NCBI GenBank assembly: GCA_009602725.1
Contig: WELB01000013.1
Span: 1,100,465 to 1,120,464 of the forward strand
Source of the DNA: Spirogloea muscicola
Taxonomy: Eukaryota
DNA: 20,000 nt
Direction of reading: 5' to 3'
The number at the start of each line of letters is the position of its first letter. Positions within the stretch are counted from its first letter, which is position 1. A program made the translations under genes and the position numbers. Of the stretch, positions 14,012 through 20,000 are shown one piece after another. Under the pieces are notes generated by a model. The model searched no databases, was not told the DNA's origin, and saw only the letters and a program-made list of their open reading frames with translations.

Positions 14012-17000
14012 TCAGATGAAGGAGTTTGTTTGCCCAGCAGCCCCTCGGTCAGCCTGCTGATGGTCGAGCAACACAGAACCTATTGTTCGTGTTGGTGGCA
14101 GCCTGGGGCTGTGAGGCTCCGTCAGGATGACCCCATTTTCACGCGCCTGGATGTCAGCTGCTGCCCTGTCTTTGTCCTCCTTGCAGATGCACTCATGCGG
14201 GTTCTGAAAGAAGTTGTCTTCCTGCTTCGGCTGACCAGCAAGCATAAGTCGCTCCTGTGGGGCACCTATCTGTGTTGCATGGGCCGCCTGTTCACAGGTA
14301 GTGCAGGTGCAAGCGGGCCCGCAATCAGACTACTCATCCTTGTTAGCTCTGCATCAGTAAAGGGGAGGTGATGGACCTGCACAAAGGCCATATTCTTAGA
14401 CAGTCTAGGTCGGCTAGCATCTCTGTCTGATCCAGTTTGCAAGCAGAGGAGCACTACTGACCTGCACCTCCCTGCTCAAATCTTCCCAATTGAAGGTGCC
14501 ATTTTCGTAGGCATTGAATAGCTGGACCAGAGCTTTTCTGTCGGGTATTATTGTCTTCCTATGTCCCAGGTATCTGCAGGCCACCATCAGAGATAGCAAA
14601 AGAGATTCATCAGTGCTCTGTGCAACTCCCAGGTGCAATCCTTCCCCACAGCTCAAACAAACTACTGGCCGTTGCAGAGTCAAGTATAACAGCACTAGGC
14701 TAATGACCTTCATCATAGAGACAGATATTTGGGATGACTGTAGCTATGATGATGTAAACTGAGCATCCAAGCTGAAGCTAAGTCACTTTACCTCCTGTGG
14801 CCCTCAACAAGCCTTGCCATGTTGCCGTGGAATGTGGAGAGGAAGACATCCGAGGCCACAGACACCATGTAATCGAGGGCCGCAAGCTGCGAGGAGTGGT
14901 TTCTAAAGGGAGCCAGCTCCTCAGCTGTTGCAAGCATCTCCTTTCGCACCTATATAATTAGATGAAACATAAGTGCATTGCATAGCCTCCCTGTACAGAC
15001 TATGCGTGCATCACCCATTGCAAAGAATAATCCTGACAGTAGCTACTTTCTCATTTTGAGGCTAAGCTGACAGTCATGATCTTGACATTGACTGGAAATT
15101 TCATGACCCCAGGATACGCCTGAGCTGAGGGAAAAAGAGCACCGTATTGGGGAAGATCTTGAGCAGTTTCGCCATTCGTCTCTTGCCTCCATAGATCTTT
15201 CCTGATGCAACATAGATTTGTGTGCCCTTGCCATAGCCCATTGCTCGCAGCAAGAGAGCAACCTCTTCTGGGGTCAGCGGGCATGCTCCCTCCCTTCGAC
15301 GCACAGATCCAATGATCCTTTTCTCCTTCCATTGAGCAGTTCGGTACCTGCAAAGAGAATTTTTGTACCAGGAGACTAATAACAAATGAGAGCCAGATGT
15401 AAGCAGTAACTTTGTCAATAGAAAGACAGAGTCATGTTGAGCTACTGGATGCAGAGAGGAGGATGTCATTAGGCAGGACAACTGCGTCACAAAGGCGAGT
15501 AGTCACTGAAGAGTCACTGAAGAGTGACTCAAGAGCCACAACCAATACCTGAGCTTAGTGAGCTTCTTTGCCTCTTGAGGTGTACATCCATGAGTGCAGC
15601 CTGTGAAGGCCAACATGTCCATCTCATATCGCAAGTGGAGAGCAATGACTGGCCCCTTCGACTTCAGGCGGTTAATAATACGCTGCCCCAAGACTCTGAT
15701 TGGCCCTGTGAACTGCAGAGCGTGGTATTGCACTCGGCACCGTAAGCGCTGCAAGGGCTTGGGAACGTCTGGGGGATTGTTTGCAAGCCTTGAGTCTGTC
15801 CTATTCAGACGTAGTACCTGTCACTCCAACATTGGCTTGAAGAGCAGTCATATAAGGAACAAGCTTCTTCTTTAAGAAGCACAGCTCTGAATAGGCAAAG
15901 GTGATATAGATATCTCTTCTTCTTGAGTGCTTGCAAGGAGGCAGTGTGCGAGCGGGTGAAAGCACAAACCTTGTGCTTGCGAAGTAGAGGGAAAACAACT
16001 TTTGTGTAATAACCAACATCAGACCAACTGACGGGATCAATTGTATAGATCTTGTCTGGTTGTATGAATCTATGCTTGGGGGGCAGTTGTCTGATAACCT
16101 TCACTTCCCCTTCCAAGGTGTCAATGAAGTGATTGACATCAAACACATCCCCAAAGTCACTGTGGACAAGCATTGCTTTGTGTTACTGGTGTGAGTGGCG
16201 GCAGCATGCTACCTCAATTACACGGAATCCAGGCCTCTATTGAGTACCCCCAATGGCCCTGTCATCGTCCCCTGTTGCGCAAGTTGTCATACAGGGAAAT
16301 AGGTGCCGCTCAACGCAACGACCTTGTAATGAGTAGACAGCCTCACCTTGAATCAGCCCAGAATGAAGCCTTGTCCAACTCTGGTATCACCATTGTGGCA
16401 TTCAGGTGTCTGGCGATAGCAACCATGTCACATATCTGCAAGCAGGAAGGGCGTATGAGAACTGAGCAGCCAACATGCTGTATCTGCTGTCAGTACGAAA
16501 TGCTCTGCACAGTGTTGCCCAGAATGCTCCCCAACTTTTATTTCCACATATATGTGTAATCAGAAGCTTCGCGTGACACATCTCTTCTCTTATACGTCAC
16601 GTGTATATTGCCGAGCTTGAAAGAATCTCTTTGACACATCATGCATGAAAGTGACTTTATCCAAGTTCTATCTGCACAGATGTGCTGCCTTCCATTTGAT
16701 TAGGAAAGTTTGCACGCACAGTAGCATCGTCAGGATAAGGATGCGAAACTCACAGCTGCCCTCATCTGATTAAGACCACCATTGCACCGCACCAGCAGGT
16801 ATCCAGATGGCTTAGTTGGACTAGCTGCAAGCACTCACTTGTCAAGTCATGGCAGGCATACCATGTATGGTGCACGTGTGAAGGAGGATTTGCGCTTATT
16901 GCTAATAAAGCCAGTCAATGTGTGTTGATTCTAGTCAGGCAATCAATGGTCTGTAAACATGTGCCTGCTGAGTATGCTCTGCTGATTGTATTCATAAGGT

Positions 17001-17723
17001 ACAAATATGAGCTCAGTATCCAGCTCTCAGCTGGGGCATTTCTTAAAGGCAAGCACCTTACCAGGCCAATTTGGAGGCTTCAAGGCGCAACGATTGACAG
17101 GATCTAGATTCAGTACGATTTCCTCCTCATCCTGTAAGGTTGAATGCAGAAATGAAGTACCTCAGTGTCAAAAGAAAACAACACCCCCATCTGATCCATT
17201 GCAGGCTTGACATCTTACAGCCAATGCTGGTGCACTAATTCATAATCTCCTCACCTCATCAGCCTTGAATGTTCCCAAAAGTCGTGTTTGATTGACAGTG
17301 AGTGTAATGTCTGTCTGGTTTGCAAACAGACGTTGACCATCGGCAAGGTCATCGTCATCAACCTGCAGTAAGTGACACACGGTCCAAGATTGGTCGAGCA
17401 ACTACACAGCAGATTGAGATTCCAAGATTTGTTAGAAAGCCTTCTAGGTCTCAGGTCAACAAACTCACTGTCTCAGATTCGTCACCATAGAGACGGTTTC
17501 TCATGCGCCTCGCATTGATGGACAGCGTCAGTATAACAACAAGAAGGGTTGCACTTAGAAGAAGAGTGCAATAGCTTCGTCTTGGCTTCTTGAAGTCCGT
17601 TGCAGGTGAATGACAGGCTTTGCTGATGACACCATTTGACAGGCTCTGCACTTGATGGCTAGGAGTCTTGGCTCTTGCTCTGGACTTGCCAGAGCCTGTC
17701 AGCGAAGCCGTCCAAAGGGGCAT
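14012..17723 (-). CDS. GT106 / O-fucosyltransferase-family (DUF246) glycosyltransferase, rhamnogalacturonan-I rhamnosyltransferase (RRT)-like; 11 coding exons, about 600 aa
   Basis: Exons 17723-17469, 17362-17255, 17131-17062, 16824-16754, 16435-16347, 16159-15970, 15817-15549, 15347-15143, 14949-14792, 14573-14462 and 14287-14012, all GT-AG and in phase. Type-II TM segment near the N-terminus ([19 protein letters not shown]). Motifs: [107 protein letters not shown]. The first exons are less certain than the catalytic domain. Confidence 0.92.
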
Positions 17724-19192
17724 TGCTTTTGCAAACCCTGTATCGCCGCAGTGATGCCGTATTGCTGCCTCTTGTGCACAAGCTTACAGCCAAATCAACG
17801 CCAAGACAAGAGGTTCTGGAAGCTCATGCTATCGCTCTTCTTGTCGCTGTGTGCCTAACAATCAGGTCAGCATGAGCATAACCAGTCCCTGCTCCAACAT
17901 CTGATGTCCAACATGTACATTGAAAAAGCCAGCTCCTGAAAGCTCAGGACCAGTTCCTTCTTCCAGCATATCCCACAGCTGGATGAAAGGTGTCGTTGCT
18001 TTCCGGGCGCCTTCGTGGGAAGTCGGCGGCCAGAATGGTCAGCCTCGTCGAGTCGAGAGAGCTTGGCACAGCGCAGCCCTTGCCTCCCGCTTTCTGCAGC
18101 CGCCGCAACCGCCGCTGCCGCCAACCGCCGCCTTCTTATGCTACAGCTGCTTCTCCATCAGGTGCCCCCTTGCCCAATCCGCCTGCCGGGTCTCCGGCGA
18201 CTCGTCCAACCTCAACACCGGGCCACGATCGTCTCCATGCACCCTGACCTCCCCGGCCGCCACCCTCCTTTTGCCTCACTTCCTTCAAGGAGCTTGCGCT
18301 GCGCGGACTGCAGGCCGGCCCGCCACCGCGCGCGGGCGGCGGTGGAGCTTGAACGGGAGAGGGGAGGGGTGGGGTGGGCGGGGGGCTTTTCCTGTCTTGG
18401 GTGGAGTTGCGCATTCCGGCACCTGAGCAGAGAAGGCGGGCTCGTTTTGAATCCCTCCTCGCCGGCCGCCGGCCCGTTCAGCGCTGGGTTTGGGAACCAC
18501 GTCTGACGGCGCGGCGACCGGCCGCCGATTCGCGGCAAAGCCCCATCGCGAAGAAGCAGCTTCTCCAAAAGGGGGCGTGGGCTGCGAAGGACCAGCCCAC
18601 GAGGAGAAAACTTCGTGTCTTTGAAACCAACGAAGGCCAAAGGCCAAGTACAAAGGCAAGCACATCTAAAGACCTACATAATCTACAGCAAATTGACCCG
18701 CTCAATAACCACGGGTCAAAACCTAAAGGTCGCTAATCGATGCCTGAATGCTAGATGTCAGATACGAAGCCCTTCTGCCACCAACTAGAGCTCGGCCAGC
18801 TTTCTGGTGCAAGGCATTAGCCTGAGCACGCTGCAAACAGGCCGAAACACGTCGTCGCAAGAAAGACAGATATGCAGCTGGCAAGCCCAACTCAGCCGGA
18901 AACACATCTGCACGACGTGTGGACCAGCCCACGAGGGGAAAGGCGCGCGGTGCGCTTGAAATGAAAGCCAAGCCAAGCAAATGAATTTCAGGCAAACTTA
19001 GTGCCTAAGTGCTACATGAAACGAAGCCCACGCTAAAGTGGCTAAGGTAACAAGTGGAATGACAAGGTCCAGTAGCCCCCTACGAGCCACCGTAACCAGA
19101 CGAGAAGAGGCAGCGGTGAGCGATGAAATCAGGTGCCATAGCTCCCATTCGCTGTAGTCTCTTCCATAGCTGTGTGGTCTGAGGCGCCTTTC

Positions 19193-19330
19193 GGCCCCTC
19201 TTCTCTATGGGCGAGCCCTTTCTTCTTTTCTTCTGCTCTTGCAGGAAAATAAGGAATCGAAGAAAGAGAAAGGGCTCGCCCATTGAGAAGAGGGGCTGGA
19301 CAAGCCAGCCCTAAAACGAATGAACAAAGT
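19193..19330. mobile_element. Two back-to-back TIR copies of the MITE family (near-perfect 29-bp inverted repeat)
   Basis: GCCCCTCTTCTCTATGGGCGAGCCCTTTC (~19194-19222) versus GAAAGGGCTCGCCCATTGAGAAGAGGGGC (~19268-19296), one mismatch. The right copy continues TGGACAAGCCAGCCC..GAATGAACA, like the 12250 arm. Confidence 0.75.
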
Positions 19331-19341
19331 ACGAGTAGGGG

Positions 19342-19441
19342 GCCAGGGGAAGCGCTAAGGAAAACAAGCACAAAACGAAGCATAGCTGCTACGAATCACT
19401 CAGTAACCCCTGCTAAGCAGCCGCAGATCAGAGAGGCTAGG
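19342..19441 (+). repeat. Dispersed repeat (module B), inverted copy of 6698-6797
   Basis: Near-identical ~55-bp core with the reverse complement of 6698-6755. Confidence 0.88.
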
Positions 19442-20000
19442 CGCCTGGAAGGGGGTCCCCTGGCCACGAGATTCTCCTGGCCAGAGCCAGAGGCAGCAGC
19501 GAGTGCGCGGCCGGCAAGAAACGATGGCCGCTCATAAGCCTAGTAAGCTCATAAGTGTTGAATATTGTAATATGTTGAATCGGCGGGTCGGGGTGGGTGA
19601 CCATCCCGCCCGTCTATTGGGCCCTGAGAGTCTCCCCTGGATAAGGGAGGCCTCGGGCACCCGTCGTGCTCACTCTCCACATCTGAGGCCACGCGGTGCG
19701 CCCGTGCGCCCTAGCCAGGCTGCCACCCACCTTGGGTGAGGGCGGAGCCTGTGCTGTCTGACTGTCTGTCTGAGATCCAAGTCTGTCTACCACCATGAGT
19801 ACATCTGCGTCTGAGTCACTGCGACGAGGTCGCTCTGCTGGGCCGCCGTCTCAACGAGGGCCACCGCCTCAACGAGGCCGATCTGCTGGACCTGGAGGAC
19901 GCTCAGTGGAGGAGCAAGACTGGAGAGACACAGATGCTGAGCGAGCCGTGTACAACACAGGTCAGGTGCAAGAGCGCGCAGCACAGGACGGTTTTCAGGC

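Noticed and set aside
15501..15529. Short 11-bp tandem duplications (also at ~10178-10200)
   Set aside because: Ordinary intronic slippage duplications.
19795..20000. Possible plus-strand coding sequence at the window end (MSTSASESLRRG... or the GC3-rich frame HCDEVALLGRRLNEGHRLNEADLLDLED...)
   Set aside because: Truncated by the window edge, the frame is ambiguous, and no family is recognisable, so no call can be supported.

Overview
Eukaryotic nuclear DNA that looks like a streptophyte (charophyte-type alga or early plant): GT-AG introns of mostly 130-350 nt and very GC-rich first exons. From left to right: the last two exons of a plastid acetyl-CoA carboxylase biotin carboxyl carrier protein gene (+); a complete 10-exon DBP2/DDX5-type DEAD-box helicase gene (-); an orphan phase-0/0 LRR exon (-); a chloroplast sensor kinase (CSK) gene (-) whose final exon(s) I cannot find; and an 11-exon GT106 RRT1-like glycosyltransferase gene (-). 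All three upstream regions carry copies of the same repeat modules, including one clean Mutator-like MITE with a 9-bp target-site duplication. The two most interesting observations are a ~325-nt nested stem-loop inside the conserved motif-V intron of the DBP2 gene, and a possible in-frame CSK-LRR chimera. All gene models were spliced by hand, and no database searches or folding programs were run.
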